IMG/VR virus record: IMGVR_UViG_3300025438_000011
From: an uncultured virus (IMG/VR IMGVR_UViG_3300025438_000011)
Taxonomy: Duplodnaviria > Heunggongvirae > Uroviricota > Caudoviricetes
DNA length: 64,000 bases
Direction: 5' to 3' (one strand)
Below are positions 7,550-17,978 of the stretch, one piece after another. Under the pieces are notes generated by a model, which worked only from the letters and a program-made list of their open reading frames with translations, searched no databases and was not told the origin of the DNA. Both the position numbers and the translations under genes were made by a program. The number at the start of each line of letters is the position of its first letter. The first letter of the stretch is position 1.

Positions 7550-7843
7550 TCATTTTAATATTTCTTCAAGTTTCTTGTTACGTAACCAGGGTTTGTGTAG
7601 TTTGATATAATAAGGGTGTGTGTAGTTATGGTCGGCTCCTAGTCGAGTATCTGTTACCAATAGTGGATCATTCATAGCATTCGTATTATACCCGGTTACT
7701 GTAAAAATTCCTTCTCTGTAATGTGATCTTTTATCATTCTCATCCATATAGAATTTAGACCCAATCGGATAGCATTCTTTTGTATATTCCAGCTTATCTA
7801 TTTTTGGTAGGGAATCAAATATATTTTTGTCGAATATTTTCAT
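7550..7843 (-). CDS. Hypothetical protein (YPIG..V.GY..HP family), RNKKLEEIL tag
   Basis: Similar to 8435 and 8670. Confidence 0.75.
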   Translation of the reverse strand: MKIFDKNIFDSLPKIDKLEYTKECYPIGSKFYMDENDKRSHYREGIFTVTGYNTNAMNDPLLVTDTRLGADHNYTHPYYIKLHKPWLRNKKLEEILK

Positions 7844-8111
7844 TTAAATTTAGGATTATTTTCAGTTTTTCATAACGAATCTCTTTTATACTTTTGAAAT
7901 ATTGTGGAATACAGAAATGTCTTACTCTAACATTCGTTAGAAACCATTGGTCTGAATCATTATCACCGAATAAGCTTACTTGTTTGTTATACTCATCAGG
8001 AGGGAAGGCCCTAACATCACTGATTATATAATTTTTACCTTTGGTGAATGAAATACCATATTGTTTTAAATCTTTAATACAGTGTAGATGATTGCCTATT
8101 TCATACTTCAT
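7815..8111 (-). CDS. Hypothetical protein, tandem paralogue of 8101-8373
   Basis: Shared L.CIKDL, F.KG.NY, QWFL.NV, IPQYFK..KEIR..KLK. Confidence 0.75.
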   Translation of the reverse strand: MKYEIGNHLHCIKDLKQYGISFTKGKNYIISDVRAFPPDEYNKQVSLFGDNDSDQWFLTNVRVRHFCIPQYFKSIKEIRYEKLKIILNLNENIRQKYI

Positions 8112-8373
8112 ATAACAATTTTTTCAATTTAATAGAACGAATCTCTTTTTTAGTTTTGAAATATTGTGGAATACTGAGATGGCCTTTATTAACATTTATT
8201 AGAAACCATTGGTAGTATCCAGTGTCACTGATTACGCATACCTTATTTGAGATATGTATATCATCTTTCTCTTGTATCTCTATGACTTTATAATTATTAC
8301 CTTTTTGGAATTGACATACATCATCATCTAAATCTTTTATACAGTATAAAATATCACCTACTTTAATTTTCAT
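8101..8373 (-). CDS. Hypothetical protein, tandem paralogue of 7815-8111
   Basis: Shares the L.CIKDL, QWFL.NV and IPQYFK..KEIR blocks with 7815. Confidence 0.75.
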   Translation of the reverse strand: MKIKVGDILYCIKDLDDDVCQFQKGNNYKVIEIQEKDDIHISNKVCVISDTGYYQWFLINVNKGHLSIPQYFKTKKEIRSIKLKKLLYEV

Positions 8374-8434
8374 TTCTTTTTACCAATTTATTCATTTTGT
8401 TAAGGTAGTGAAAATTTACTAGAACTTAGATTTA

Positions 8435-8695
8435 TTATTTCAGCAAATTTAGGAGGTTCAAGTTTCTTATTTGTTTCATATCGTTCTCAATATTATCGGG
8501 GTGTAATAATGTTCCATCACTACTAGTATTTTTCAATGGTGGATTTATTTTTAGTATACTATTAAATTTTTTCAAAACATACCCAACAACTATCATGGGT
8601 TCTTCGTGATAAAAGATACAATGACTTGTGGCTGATTTTTTTAGAAATACGGTAGTTCCTATTGGATATTTATTTTTTAGATCTTTCGGATTCAT
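8435..8695 (-). CDS. Hypothetical protein (YPIG..V.GY..HP family)
   Basis: ORF; C-terminal RNLNLLNLL. Confidence 0.7.
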   Translation of the reverse strand: MNPKDLKNKYPIGTTVFLKKSATSHCIFYHEEPMIVVGYVLKKFNSILKINPPLKNTSSDGTLLHPDNIENDMKQIRNLNLLNLLK

Positions 8696-9077
8696 CGAGT
8701 ATATTTTCTAATATATAATTGCGTCTGTATTCTAATCCAAGTTGTACATTATTTGGATGTATTCTGTTAATATTGTTTTTATGAGGTATTCCACTAATTT
8801 CTAATATAGTTTCTCCATTACTGATTGATACGTATCCGGTGACATCATATCCGGTATCATAGAACCACGGCAAACCTCTAAATTCTTCCTTCCCGTAAAC
8901 TTTTATACCAACTGGGAAACATTCCTCTAGATATTCTATGATATTAGTACCTATTAGTGTTTTTGAATGATGTGAATTATATTTCTTAATTTTAAACATC
9001 ATCGAGTGTACATACACATTCCCCGGAATTCTCGAATGTCTTTTTAATCTTTGGATATCCACATTCCTGACAGACAT
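8670..9077 (-). CDS. Hypothetical protein (YPIG..V.GY..HP family); true start probably near 9000
   Basis: FPVG..VTGY..IHPNN; RNYILENIL. Confidence 0.7.
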   Translation of the reverse strand: MSVRNVDIQRLKRHSRIPGNVYVHSMMFKIKKYNSHHSKTLIGTNIIEYLEECFPVGIKVYGKEEFRGLPWFYDTGYDVTGYVSISNGETILEISGIPHKNNINRIHPNNVQLGLEYRRNYILENILDESERSKK

Positions 9078-9177
9078 TTAGTGATGAGAATATAGCTTCT
9101 ACACTTTCATCAAGAGTTTTGTTACTTAATTTGAATTGTAGTAATATACTTTCTATTTTATGTTTTGATTCACTCAC
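8992..9177 (-). CDS. Small putative zinc-binding protein
   Basis: CQEC...CVC. Confidence 0.55.
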   Translation of the reverse strand: MSESKHKIESILLQFKLSNKTLDESVEAIFSSLNVCQECGYPKIKKTFENSGECVCTLDDV

Positions 9178-9434
9178 TACAGTCGGTCTTCAATTCCTTC
9201 GAGAATTTCCTCAATAAATTCCACATTACTTGAATTCTTTGATTCGCTTATATCACCAGACATATTAACTGTGTGAATGAGTTTTAGAATATCGCCAAAC
9301 TCTGTTAGAGATTTTCTAGAGGTTGGATTAGAAATATCGGATTCAGGGTTAAGTATGTATTCCATAACACCCCTGGCCTGTTCCTTTCTACTTTTCTTTT
9401 TAAGCTTATTAACCTGTTTTTTTGTGAATATCAT
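9177..9434 (-). CDS. Hypothetical protein
   Basis: ORF after a TTTG..TACATTTG promoter. Confidence 0.65.
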   Translation of the reverse strand: MIFTKKQVNKLKKKSRKEQARGVMEYILNPESDISNPTSRKSLTEFGDILKLIHTVNMSGDISESKNSSNVEFIEEILEGIEDRL

Positions 9435-9661
9435 ATTTTATGTTTTCGTATATATCAAATGTAAGGAAATAATTCGTAACTCAAACCCATATCCTGTATA
9501 TTTTGTAAATATCAATAATGGCCCAAGTCCATATGAACACAATGATAGATCATTGAAATATGGTGAATGGTCCTGTTATGAGTGAAAGTATGACAGCTGA
9601 TCCAACAACCAAACTTGTTTTATACACACGTTTTTCGTTTCCTCTAACGTTTTCCCTTATT

Positions 9662-10108
9662 TTAGTAATTATTGATTTCATGTTTTCTATAATTGTTTAA
9701 TTTCCTATTGATGTTCTCTTTACCGGCTGGATTAGAGCTTTGTACATTCCACTTGGGTAAAAGTTCTTTATTATCCATACAGTACTCAATTAACCAATTA
9801 GCACAATCATATCCAGTTTTTTCACTGGCGAACTTTGCGTCCCAAATATCTTTTTCACCAAGTTTAATACCCTCTTCGTATGCTTCTTGTGATAAATCAG
9901 GGTATGAATTATGGAATGCTTGGAAATCAGATAAGTCGTGATCGAAACAAATTCCAATTGGGAGTCCATTCTCAGTTATCCAAGTAGTGAATTCATTATA
10001 TGTTTTCAGCCACACAACTTCTTCATAATCAGATGTGGGACTGAATACTAACCAATCATCTTTTGATGGGTCTCGACTATCATCAAGCCATATTAGAGTT
10101 TTGTTCAT
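9662..10108 (-). CDS. Cyclic-phosphate-processing receiver-like domain protein
   Basis: IWLDD.RDP, FDHDL, TGYDCA.WL, SSNPAG motifs. Confidence 0.75.
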   Translation of the reverse strand: MNKTLIWLDDSRDPSKDDWLVFSPTSDYEEVVWLKTYNEFTTWITENGLPIGICFDHDLSDFQAFHNSYPDLSQEAYEEGIKLGEKDIWDAKFASEKTGYDCANWLIEYCMDNKELLPKWNVQSSNPAGKENINRKLNNYRKHEINNY

Positions 10109-10299
10109 ACTTTATACAAATCTGTGAAAGGATAATTTTCGATGAATTCTGTGTGTGAAATCTCCTGTACATCACATTTTGTGAATTTGGATAGACATTG
10201 CTCCATACTTGAGGCAAGACATATCAATTCTCTTTTATTTCTTTTAACTCTGAACGGAATCTTTTCAACTCCGTGTTCATTATATTGTACTGTTGTCAT
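10105..10299 (-). CDS. Hypothetical protein
   Basis: ORF with ATGA overlap. Confidence 0.55.
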   Translation of the reverse strand: MTTVQYNEHGVEKIPFRVKRNKRELICLASSMEQCLSKFTKCDVQEISHTEFIENYPFTDLYKV

Positions 10300-10348
10300 G
10301 TCGTTTGTGTTTGTGTGTAAAGATAAGAAAATTTTCGATAAATAAAAA

Positions 10349-10954
10349 TTAGAGTAAATCCGAAAGTTTAAAAATCCGATTTATTCTATTTGATTCGTTG
10401 GTTCTTTCTTCGTCTTTTTCAACGAAATAGATATCACCAGTTTCGAATGATTTAACGAGTACGGATTCTTGATTGAAAATATTAGACATTTCACTTGATA
10501 TCAAATCCAGTACATCCTTATCGATACCAACAATTTCTACGGAGAATGATTTTTCATTCCAAGTTCTGCCTTTATCATCAATATATCTACCATTCATAAA
10601 GTTACCTACTGTGAAACCAGTTACCTCAGGTATTTTATTCATAACAGAACTAACTTTTGATTTTCTATACACTCTATTATTAAGTGTCTTCATTTTAGAA
10701 TCCAACCAATCTTTAACCTTATCAAATACTTCTGAATCATCTTTGTATATGGCATTGACATCAGTTGATAAGGTTATAACTCCTCCTCTTTTATCTTTGT
10801 CAAAAACATAAGATATTTTCTCATCGATTAAATAAATATTACCGAATTTAGCTCGGTCATGTTGGAATTTTATATAACCTTTGCCCCAAAGTGTTTTTCT
10901 TCTATACCCAAGGTCTTTTAATACGTTGTTTTCGAAAAGGTTTAAGAACTTCAT
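10349..10954 (-). CDS. Hypothetical protein with SAM-lyase-like C-terminal half
   Basis: GRY...EKSFSV...FNQESVLV resembles T3 SAMase GCY...EKTVRV...WEQDCVLV; N-terminus MKFLNLFEN. Confidence 0.45.
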   Translation of the reverse strand: MKFLNLFENNVLKDLGYRRKTLWGKGYIKFQHDRAKFGNIYLIDEKISYVFDKDKRGGVITLSTDVNAIYKDDSEVFDKVKDWLDSKMKTLNNRVYRKSKVSSVMNKIPEVTGFTVGNFMNGRYIDDKGRTWNEKSFSVEIVGIDKDVLDLISSEMSNIFNQESVLVKSFETGDIYFVEKDEERTNESNRINRIFKLSDLL

Positions 10955-10972
10955 ACTGTATATATTGAATTC

Positions 10973-11377
10973 TCATACTACTTTCTTAGCATCTTCTTCT
11001 CTATTCCATTGGTCGATTAAATCCTGTGATAATTCTTCACCAAAAATATCTAAAAAGTCAGAACGATTAGCAGTTCCTTTAATATACATTTTTTTAAACC
11101 ATTTACGGTCTTTTCTAAGTATCTCAGTTTCTAGTATAGGTAGAGTGATGCCAAATCTTGACATCACTAATATCATATTTTGAATAGTATCAGCACATTC
11201 TTCGAGAAGGTTTGCTTGTATCTGTTCGGATGTATCTGTTGTGTGTTTACGTCCAGTTATTTTATTCACTTCTGCCGTAAATTCACCCAATTCCTCCAAA
11301 ACTTTACAAATTGCCTCTGAATCACTACATGGATCTAATTTATCTAATTTTTTTATTTGTTCTAGTGATCTTTCCAT
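10973..11377 (-). CDS. MazG-like NTP pyrophosphohydrolase
   Basis: KVLEELGEF...EECADTI. Confidence 0.8.
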   Translation of the reverse strand: MERSLEQIKKLDKLDPCSDSEAICKVLEELGEFTAEVNKITGRKHTTDTSEQIQANLLEECADTIQNMILVMSRFGITLPILETEILRKDRKWFKKMYIKGTANRSDFLDIFGEELSQDLIDQWNREEDAKKVV

Positions 11378-11494
11378 TTTATAATTTATCTAATTTGTTT
11401 ATCGTATATGACTTATACTATATTATTACAATATGTTTTCTAATATACTATTACGTCTTATTTTTAAAACCTCGGCTTTGACTTTTCTGTTTAT

Positions 11495-11541
11495 ATGACG
11501 GAACGTAAAACACACAAATCTTTAGTTTGTGTGTAGTTCAT
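11495..11541 (+). mobile_element. 47-bp IS200/IS605-derived mini-element, copy 2
   Basis: After TTTAT (11490-94), ends TTCAT; identical to copy 3. Confidence 0.85.
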
Positions 11542-11587
11542 AAAGATAGTAAAAATCTACACGTTTTCATATTTAATATATAAGATT

Positions 11588-13867
11588 ATGTCGGAAATTA
11601 CAAATGATTTTACTTTAGGCACTCTTTTAATAACAGAAGAATATGATGTATCTGCTAGTCAATCCAGTATAAATGCAACACCATATCTTTCTGGAACATC
11701 TTCATCACAAACAATATCTTTTGTTAATTTAAATCGTGTTGAAAACTTGTCTAGTTTCACTTATTCAGTTTTGGGTATAACCGAAACCAGAGGTGTTGAA
11801 ACACATTATAGAATTTCAAAAGATGGTTTTATGTATACTGAGTGGTTTGAGCTTGGTGAGGAAGTGAGTAATTTCCCTTTATGGGATCCAATGGCGGTTA
11901 TGTGGTTAGATATTCGATTTACGAGAACCGGTACAAAGATTGATGGTGATATACGGATAGTTTCTTATCAGGTAGGTGGTAATATTCTCAGAAATGTGAA
12001 TGATGGAACAGCTACTATCGATCCGGGTGATACTGAGATAATTAAACCCCCATATGTTTATAAAGTATTTAATATAACTGGTCTTGAAATATTGACAAAT
12101 GCTACTTCATCAGATTTTGAGGTTGAATGGAGATTTTCTCAGGATAGTACACGAACATGGAGTGTGTGGGAACCTTTCACAAAAGATAATGTAACAACTA
12201 AGCGTATAAATCCAATTAGATTTTTCGAAGTAGAGTATAAAGTAGAAAATACATCATCATCAAGTATATTTATATCAGATATAAATCTAATTGGTGATTT
12301 TCAAAATGTATCATTGGATTCACAGAAATCAAATTTATTTGGTATTAGAGAATGTTGTCAGACATATTTATTGACTAACCCTGATGGTTCTACTGCCGGA
12401 GCCATTGATGCTAATGGTGTATTTATAGGTAATACAACAGGTTATCTAGATGGTGGTGGGTCTTGTTCGGATGAGAGTGAGTATCACCCAATGACATCAG
12501 ATGAGAAATCTAAATTATTCAACCCATATCAACAAGGTCAGGCGGCAGACTTATTGAATAAACTTTCAAATGATGCCGTTGAGGTTTTTGGTCATAAAAC
12601 ACAATATTTTGTTACGGATCCAGATGAGAAGGGTATTGATTATTCATTACATGAGTATGGAACATTCAATATTGTCTGTGAGGGTTCGATAAAGGTTTCT
12701 GTTGATAATAATCAGTTTCCTGATAATCAGATAACTATGAATCAATTTGACCTTATGTTATTTGATTCATTCGAAATACATGTTACGAAAGAACAATTTA
12801 AAATACTATTTGGTGTTCAGAGAAGACCATCGAAGGAGGATCTTGTTTATTTCTGTGATTTGAATAGATTATATATCGTTGATCATGCTCAACAACATCG
12901 AAACTTTAACAACTATGCTGTATATTATAAAGTAATCTTGAAAAAATACAACAAATCAGCCAACGTTCTTGCCGACAATACAACTATTGAGGATAGAATT
13001 AATCAACTTACTAAGAATACAACTATTGATGAGTTATTCGGAATTGAGAATGATCAAGATAAGAAAGCCGTTGCTAATAAAGACCAACAACAACCACTTA
13101 CGAGAGATCCAATACGTCTTGAGTTATCTCAAAGTATAGGTATTAATAATATTATAAATAAGGAGTTGATTGAGAATTCAACTACTGTAATTAGTAAACA
13201 ACATTATGATTTCGGTATGGCTCTTAATCTAGGAGTTCAACTTGGTGTATCTGATATTGTTAATTATAAGAACTTGGAGCCCGTTATACGGAAAGGTGAT
13301 AATATTGGATACTTTATGTGGTTCAATTTGAACAATTATATACCAGGTGAAAATGTAAACTTGTTCAATTACTATGATACTGATAACTCACTTGGTTGGA
13401 AAGCTAATCTTGATAGTGATGTCATAAAAGTAGGTATGAATGGATATGAATACGATTGGACTCTTCCCGACACATTAACCGAAGATGTTTGGTACTGTTA
13501 TTTAGTAAATATTGACCAACGACAGGGTACTATGGAACAATACATCTATTCGAGAGATGTTGATACCGATGAAGAAGACCAAGCAAAATATTTAGATTCA
13601 ACTAAGTTGAGAAAAGTTTATTACAACACTCAGGTTATAGAGCCAGTTGAGTATGAGCTAATAGATATTACAGCTAGTATAATCGTTTCTGATATAAAAG
13701 CTACTAACATTAGATTGTATAGTGATGTTATACCAGAAGCACAACATAGTATTTTGTTAAACAACTACAAAGTTGCTGATGATTCTAAGTATTTAATATT
13801 TGCAGATAATGCTTCTATGAGACTGACACTACCTAATTACTCAATGAGAACGACATCATTTGATTAA
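11588..13867 (+). CDS. Virion neck/head-closure protein (T4 gp14-like core with extra domains)
   Basis: Central D..L.EY...F...FEIHV...F..RRPSKEDLVYF pattern; AATATATA upstream; LamG-like C-terminus. Confidence 0.6.
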   Translation: MSEITNDFTLGTLLITEEYDVSASQSSINATPYLSGTSSSQTISFVNLNRVENLSSFTYSVLGITETRGVETHYRISKDGFMYTEWFELGEEVSNFPLWDPMAVMWLDIRFTRTGTKIDGDIRIVSYQVGGNILRNVNDGTATIDPGDTEIIKPPYVYKVFNITGLEILTNATSSDFEVEWRFSQDSTRTWSVWEPFTKDNVTTKRINPIRFFEVEYKVENTSSSSIFISDINLIGDFQNVSLDSQKSNLFGIRECCQTYLLTNPDGSTAGAIDANGVFIGNTTGYLDGGGSCSDESEYHPMTSDEKSKLFNPYQQGQAADLLNKLSNDAVEVFGHKTQYFVTDPDEKGIDYSLHEYGTFNIVCEGSIKVSVDNNQFPDNQITMNQFDLMLFDSFEIHVTKEQFKILFGVQRRPSKEDLVYFCDLNRLYIVDHAQQHRNFNNYAVYYKVILKKYNKSANVLADNTTIEDRINQLTKNTTIDELFGIENDQDKKAVANKDQQQPLTRDPIRLELSQSIGINNIINKELIENSTTVISKQHYDFGMALNLGVQLGVSDIVNYKNLEPVIRKGDNIGYFMWFNLNNYIPGENVNLFNYYDTDNSLGWKANLDSDVIKVGMNGYEYDWTLPDTLTEDVWYCYLVNIDQRQGTMEQYIYSRDVDTDEEDQAKYLDSTKLRKVYYNTQVIEPVEYELIDITASIIVSDIKATNIRLYSDVIPEAQHSILLNNYKVADDSKYLIFADNASMRLTLPNYSMRTTSFD

Positions 13868-14224
13868 ATCATCAAGATTATTCTTACGATTCCTGAGTTT
13901 ATCAGAAGCTTCAATTACATGATCTTCTAATGGCAAATTCATATATGCTCCAGAATATCTTAATGTACCATCTTTGAATTTTTTACGAGTACAATCATCA
14001 CAGATTCCAATATAGTACATATCACCATCTAGTGTAGAACCATACCCTGCTGATATCTTTTCTACAAGACCCGACCACATGTGATTTGATGGTTCGTACT
14101 TTGTAATGTTATTTTTATTCCTCAGTTCGGGATTTACCATATCTATTTTGTGATCACATACGATACAATTAATATATTCGAACTGTTTGAGTTTTGGGTA
14201 TGGATTTTTCTTAGACATAAACAA
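13856..14224 (-). CDS. Zinc-finger protein (CIVC..CDDC) with C-terminal tag
   Basis: Two CxxC motifs; GYGSTLDG; RKNNLDDLI. Confidence 0.7.
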   Translation of the reverse strand: MFMSKKNPYPKLKQFEYINCIVCDHKIDMVNPELRNKNNITKYEPSNHMWSGLVEKISAGYGSTLDGDMYYIGICDDCTRKKFKDGTLRYSGAYMNLPLEDHVIEASDKLRNRKNNLDDLIK

Positions 14225-14275
14225 TAGTACTTTTTAGATATATAATACATATATATAAAAAAAAAGTGAAAAGTT

Positions 14276-14539
14276 ATGAGTTCAATGAAAGAAAATTCGA
14301 TTCGTGAGTATTTATCTAGTGTGGATTTTAAAAATTCTGACTGGTCTATAAAAGAATTAGAAGAAGGTATGAGACCCTTTTTAGGAGAAGCTCCTGGTAT
14401 AGATGTTGATTATAAGAAAGATGTTCTTATTAATGAAAGTGAAGGAACAGCTACTGAATATAAAAGAATTGAGAAGATTAAAATAGTATTCACCGACCTA
14501 GATGATGAGTACAAAAAATTAGAATTCTTAATCGATTAA
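14276..14539 (+). CDS. Hypothetical protein
   Basis: ORF, TAATG overlap with the next gene. Confidence 0.7.
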   Translation: MSSMKENSIREYLSSVDFKNSDWSIKELEEGMRPFLGEAPGIDVDYKKDVLINESEGTATEYKRIEKIKIVFTDLDDEYKKLEFLID

Positions 14540-14769
14540 TGAGTATTTTTAAAAAGATAAATTTAGAACATTGGTATTTGGACTTTGTAAAAACGAATGA
14601 GTTGGATGACATTCAAGCGGATCAGATACACTCGTATTATAAGGATATGTTACACCTTTTCGAAACGAATTGTCCAGCTAGTGGATTATCCATTTTCTTA
14701 ACACTTGAGAAAAACGCATTTCGGAAGAATGTCCGTGATAAAAAACTAGATGATATTCTAAATGATTAA
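14539..14769 (+). CDS. Hypothetical protein with RDKKLDDIL tag
   Basis: ORF; shared C-terminal motif. Confidence 0.7.
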   Translation: MSIFKKINLEHWYLDFVKTNELDDIQADQIHSYYKDMLHLFETNCPASGLSIFLTLEKNAFRKNVRDKKLDDILND

Positions 14770-15043
14770 ACCAACTGTTATAGATTACCTAGGTAAATAT
14801 GATACTGGTATTTTGGTCAACATTGGATTGGTCAGAGAAGATAGTTATTATGATGCCATATTTTTCTATACTGATAAACATATGTGGATAACGGTGGATG
14901 ATAAATTCATCGAAGAAAATGGATTTATACAAGAGGATGAAGAATATCATCAACTACTAGATAAATTGATAAACATGGTCGAACCACACGACAACTTATA
15001 CGATAAATTAGATGAATATGAATATACTGGGTTCGGTGAGTGA
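14762..15043 (+). CDS. Hypothetical protein
   Basis: Overlapping ORF in operon. Confidence 0.7.
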   Translation: MIKPTVIDYLGKYDTGILVNIGLVREDSYYDAIFFYTDKHMWITVDDKFIEENGFIQEDEEYHQLLDKLINMVEPHDNLYDKLDEYEYTGFGE

Positions 15044-15320
15044 AATTGGTGAGGATAGTATGGATTTGTCGGCTTATTCTGTCTATGAATTAAATGGTGT
15101 TGTTTTTAGAACATTGACAACTTCTATTTCACATACATATATGTATGACTTACTTGTATATGATTCTGATAAAATAGATGAGGTTATCTTCGAGAATAGT
15201 TATGATTCTAATAATTATATTGTACTAAGTTTATGTGATATGCGTAAAATAATAAGTAAAGTTCCTAAGTTAAGACCTATATTTAGAAATTTAGTACTCG
15301 ATGAGATAATTGGTAGATAA
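15012..15320 (+). CDS. Hypothetical protein with RNLVLDEII tag
   Basis: ORF; shared C-terminal motif. Confidence 0.65.
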   Translation: MNMNILGSVSEIGEDSMDLSAYSVYELNGVVFRTLTTSISHTYMYDLLVYDSDKIDEVIFENSYDSNNYIVLSLCDMRKIISKVPKLRPIFRNLVLDEIIGR

Positions 15321-15403
15321 TAATCCGTACATTTGTCACTATGTTTGATGAAATTAAATATAGTGATGATATGTCATTGAGTGATTATGAAAAATTAAAA
15401 AAA

Positions 15404-15646
15404 TTACTTAAATCGTTTGAAGTTAAGAATCCTAGATTCTGTCACGACTTCCCACTTATCCTCATTCGGAATTAAACTTAGTCTAGAACCATCATCCCAA
15501 TCCATCAATAGTTGGTCTAAACTGTCTACGCCTCTACATGTACCCATATCACCTGTTTTTAGTTTGGTGTGTGGATCATCCATTTTAACTAGTTTGATTC
15601 TCTTACCTTTTAAATCTTGTTTCTGTTCCGGTGTTAATTTTTCCAT
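15404..15646 (-). CDS. DUF4314-family protein
   Basis: G.RIKLVKMDDP..L..G..GT...VD...Q....WD.GS.LSLI...D. Confidence 0.8.
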   Translation of the reverse strand: MEKLTPEQKQDLKGKRIKLVKMDDPHTKLKTGDMGTCRGVDSLDQLLMDWDDGSRLSLIPNEDKWEVVTESRILNFKRFK

Positions 15647-16027
15647 AATTTTATTCGTTATTTTTGGTTTCTAGTTTAAATCACTCGAATATCTTCAAAT
15701 ATCCCATTATACTATATATTATTTTTTAAATTAGATATTTGTGTATCATATTAACCTGTTTGTTTTATATTGCTTTCAAACTATGATGTCATACACCCAT
15801 CATTCAGAACCTGAGTAAGGGTTTCGTACTGGTCTTATATTATTCTCCTCACAATATTTATAATACCTTCATCAGAACGCCATTTTAGAAATTCGGAACG
15901 ACTTTTATGTTTCATAGATCGGACAATCTTCCTAGCATCTATGAATTTTAAATATTTACCCGGTTTATTACCTTTCACTAAACATATGTTGTATTTTTTA
16001 ATATACTTTAAAATATAAAGTTCGTAA

Positions 16028-17722
16028 ATGGTGATAAAACAGATAAGTATTAAAAATTTCCGTTCATTCGGTAATTCACCACAGGTAATAGATTTGGATG
16101 ATTCTGGTAAGCTTATATTATTATCGGGTGTTAATGGTGCTGGTAAGAGTTCACTATTAAGTGCTTTCGATTATTCTTTATATGGTAAGTGTAAAGGTTC
16201 GAATGGAAAGTGGGCAAAGTTAACTACGCTACCCAATCGAATAAATAATGGAGATATGGAGGTTTCTTTAAAATTTGAATCACAGGGAACTGAGGTTGAG
16301 ATTAAAAGAGGAATTGGTCCAAGTAAGCTTGAGCTTTTCGAAAACGGTGAGGAGAATAAAAGAGCTGGTAAGGTCAATATTAATGACAAGATTGCTAAAT
16401 ACGTTGGTATGGATATTGAGACATTCAAATCCTTTATATCGATGTCTATAAATGACTTCAAAAACTTTATCTCTCTATCAAATGAGGAGAAGACTATTCT
16501 TTTAGATAAACTGTTCAACTTGGAGGTTATAAACATAATGAACACGATTTTAAAAGAACTTGTTCGTAATAACAAGGTACGTATGGCTTCGTTAGATACT
16601 GAAATAAGAACATTAGAGAGTTCTATAACATCTATTGAGGAATCTATTCGTAAATCAAATGAACGAAAGAAATTAGATTCGTTGAATGAGATAACTAAAC
16701 TTAAACAAGAGATGTCTTCTAAGAAGACTGAGTATATTGCTTTGAAAGCTAAGGTTGAAACGGCTAAGGATAATATCACCCATCTGGATAAAGAACTCGA
16801 AGGTGAAAAGAAACAATACATTATCATTCAACAGGATGTTCGTTCAATTGATAAGGAGATTGCATTGTACGATTCTGGAAAATGTCCGACTTGTGCAACG
16901 CCATTCGATTCTGACCACTTCCTAAACCTTAGAGCAACTATGGTTAGTAAGAAAAAGAAGTTGGAAGAATCTATGGATGTTATTAAGAATAATGTGTCTG
17001 ATATAAAGAAACGTAAGGACAAGATTATTTCGTTGTCTGATAAGGTCAATGAAACGTATAATGACGTTACGTACTTTCTTAGAAACTGTAAGACACAGAT
17101 TGATACACTCAGTGCTAATCAAAGACTGGTTAAGGGTGATGATATTGATGTTAGTGAGTTTAAGGGTACTATTGAAGAAATGGGTAAAAAGAGAAAAACT
17201 GCTGATACTGAACGTGCTACTTCTATTGAGAAACAAATGTGTTATAAAGAACTTCATCGGATATTCTCAGAGGATGGTGTCAAGAAAGCAATCATTAAGG
17301 CAATTGTTAAGCCAATCAATGTATTTGTTAGACAGAACATGAGAAAAATGGATCTCAACTTTGATGTTAAATTAGATGATTCATTCACGGCTCGTATAAA
17401 GTCGTTGGGTACTATAATTGAGCCTGACTCATTATCAACTGGTGAAACTCGTAGAATTAACATAGCTATTTTGATAGCTTATCTGAAATTAATCAGAACT
17501 AAGAAACATATAAATATACTTTTCTTAGATGAGATTTTTTCATCTATTGATATACAGGGAACTCAGGATATATTAATTCTCCTGAAATCATTTGCTAATG
17601 AATATAACATTAACATATTTGTTGTGCATCACGCGGTTATGAATAATGAGTATTTTGACCGTATAATACAGGTTGATAAGAACATATTCACTAGTATAAA
17701 TGAATTGAGTGTCGGTGAGTGA
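16028..17722 (+). CDS. Rad50/SbcC-like recombination ATPase (T4 gp46-like)
   Basis: Walker A GVNGAGKS, coiled coil, CPTC zinc hook, LSTGE signature, LFLDE Walker B. Confidence 0.92.
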   Translation: MVIKQISIKNFRSFGNSPQVIDLDDSGKLILLSGVNGAGKSSLLSAFDYSLYGKCKGSNGKWAKLTTLPNRINNGDMEVSLKFESQGTEVEIKRGIGPSKLELFENGEENKRAGKVNINDKIAKYVGMDIETFKSFISMSINDFKNFISLSNEEKTILLDKLFNLEVINIMNTILKELVRNNKVRMASLDTEIRTLESSITSIEESIRKSNERKKLDSLNEITKLKQEMSSKKTEYIALKAKVETAKDNITHLDKELEGEKKQYIIIQQDVRSIDKEIALYDSGKCPTCATPFDSDHFLNLRATMVSKKKKLEESMDVIKNNVSDIKKRKDKIISLSDKVNETYNDVTYFLRNCKTQIDTLSANQRLVKGDDIDVSEFKGTIEEMGKKRKTADTERATSIEKQMCYKELHRIFSEDGVKKAIIKAIVKPINVFVRQNMRKMDLNFDVKLDDSFTARIKSLGTIIEPDSLSTGETRRINIAILIAYLKLIRTKKHINILFLDEIFSSIDIQGTQDILILLKSFANEYNINIFVVHHAVMNNEYFDRIIQVDKNIFTSINELSVGE

Positions 17723-17978
17723 TGATAGAATGGTATATATTATGAGATATAAGGGTGTGTTGGTATGTGATTTCTTTGAGGAGAAAGTTACCGTAGTTAT
17801 AAATAGTAGTTGTTCGTTTATACCAAGTATTGTGTATTTGAGTGAATTATTATCTTGTAAGGACTATATTGGTACGGAGGTTAGTGGTAGGTTTGTGGGT
17901 TATTCGAGAATTGATAATATGCCATTAATACGTATAAATATACGAGATTTAAAATTAAATAATTTATTATGTCGTTAA
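17709..17978 (+). CDS. Hypothetical protein with RDLKLNNLL tag
   Basis: ORF; shared C-terminal motif. Confidence 0.65.
   Translation: MSVSDDRMVYIMRYKGVLVCDFFEEKVTVVINSSCSFIPSIVYLSELLSCKDYIGTEVSGRFVGYSRIDNMPLIRINIRDLKLNNLLCR

Noticed and set aside
11492..11541. Antisense peptide MNYTQTKDLCVLRSVI* encoded by the mini-elements
   Set aside because: ATG and stop come from the TTCAT and TTTAT boundaries; the frame is broken in the 46-bp copy
15800..15978. Repeat-domain gene remnant (YLKFIDARKIVRSM..SRSEF..W) on the minus strand
   Set aside because: Short and frameshifted; family cannot be supported without a search
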